A stretch of DNA of 44,551 nucleotides from Actinomycetota bacterium (GTDB lineage: Bacteria > Actinomycetota > Acidimicrobiia > Spongiisociales > UBA5794), in the NCBI GenBank assembly GCA_030125685.1, contig JASJYA010000003.1, positions 1 through 44,551 of the forward strand. Direction: 5' to 3'. Below are positions 44,517 to 44,551 of this stretch, one piece after another. The notes beneath the pieces are model-generated. The model had not been told where the DNA came from. It was given only the letters and a program-made list of their open reading frames with translations, and made no database searches. Position 1 is the stretch's first letter, and each line of letters begins with the position of its first letter. The translations under genes and the position numbers were made by a program.

Positions 44517-44551
44517 TTACCCACAAACCACTGTGTAAGTCGATTTTGTCA

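Overview
GC-rich bacterial chromosomal segment. Gene content and order (Gly-Cys-Val tRNA cluster, nrdR-LysM/lexA, dapF-miaA-miaB-rny-recA-thpR-cinA-rimO, ftsK-rnj-dapA, dapB-M16 peptidase, yajQ, mycothiol-dependent isomerase family, CGAAC-N4-GTTCG SOS boxes, many apparently leaderless genes) point to Actinomycetota, plausibly Acidimicrobiia (inference). Accessory blocks interrupt this backbone. (1) 14.7-19.9 kb: a divergent RpiR regulator plus an operon of a KamA-like radical-SAM aminomutase, PcaIJ-type 3-oxoacid CoA-transferase and a beta-transaminase-like class III aminotransferase. It reads as an undescribed alpha-amino acid -> beta-amino acid -> 3-oxoacid -> acyl-CoA catabolic route and is the best candidate for a new system. 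(2) 31.2-35.0 kb: a small YLDPGTG membrane peptide, a NoeA-like kinase-methyltransferase fusion and a Thr-nucleophile membrane phosphotransferase, a candidate surface-modification system. (3) 35.2-38.4 kb: a HEXXH/vWA protein and a MoxR-like AAA+ protein with reciprocally swapped Walker A/B residues. (4) 38.4-41.1 kb: a diverged yajQ 5' fragment, a frameshifted IS1595 and two orphan genes. Also present are an internally deleted pabB-pabC fusion, a probable CTG start for miaA, a Cys->Ser DapF and several intergenic repeat families. All family assignments come from motif recognition by eye; no searches were run.
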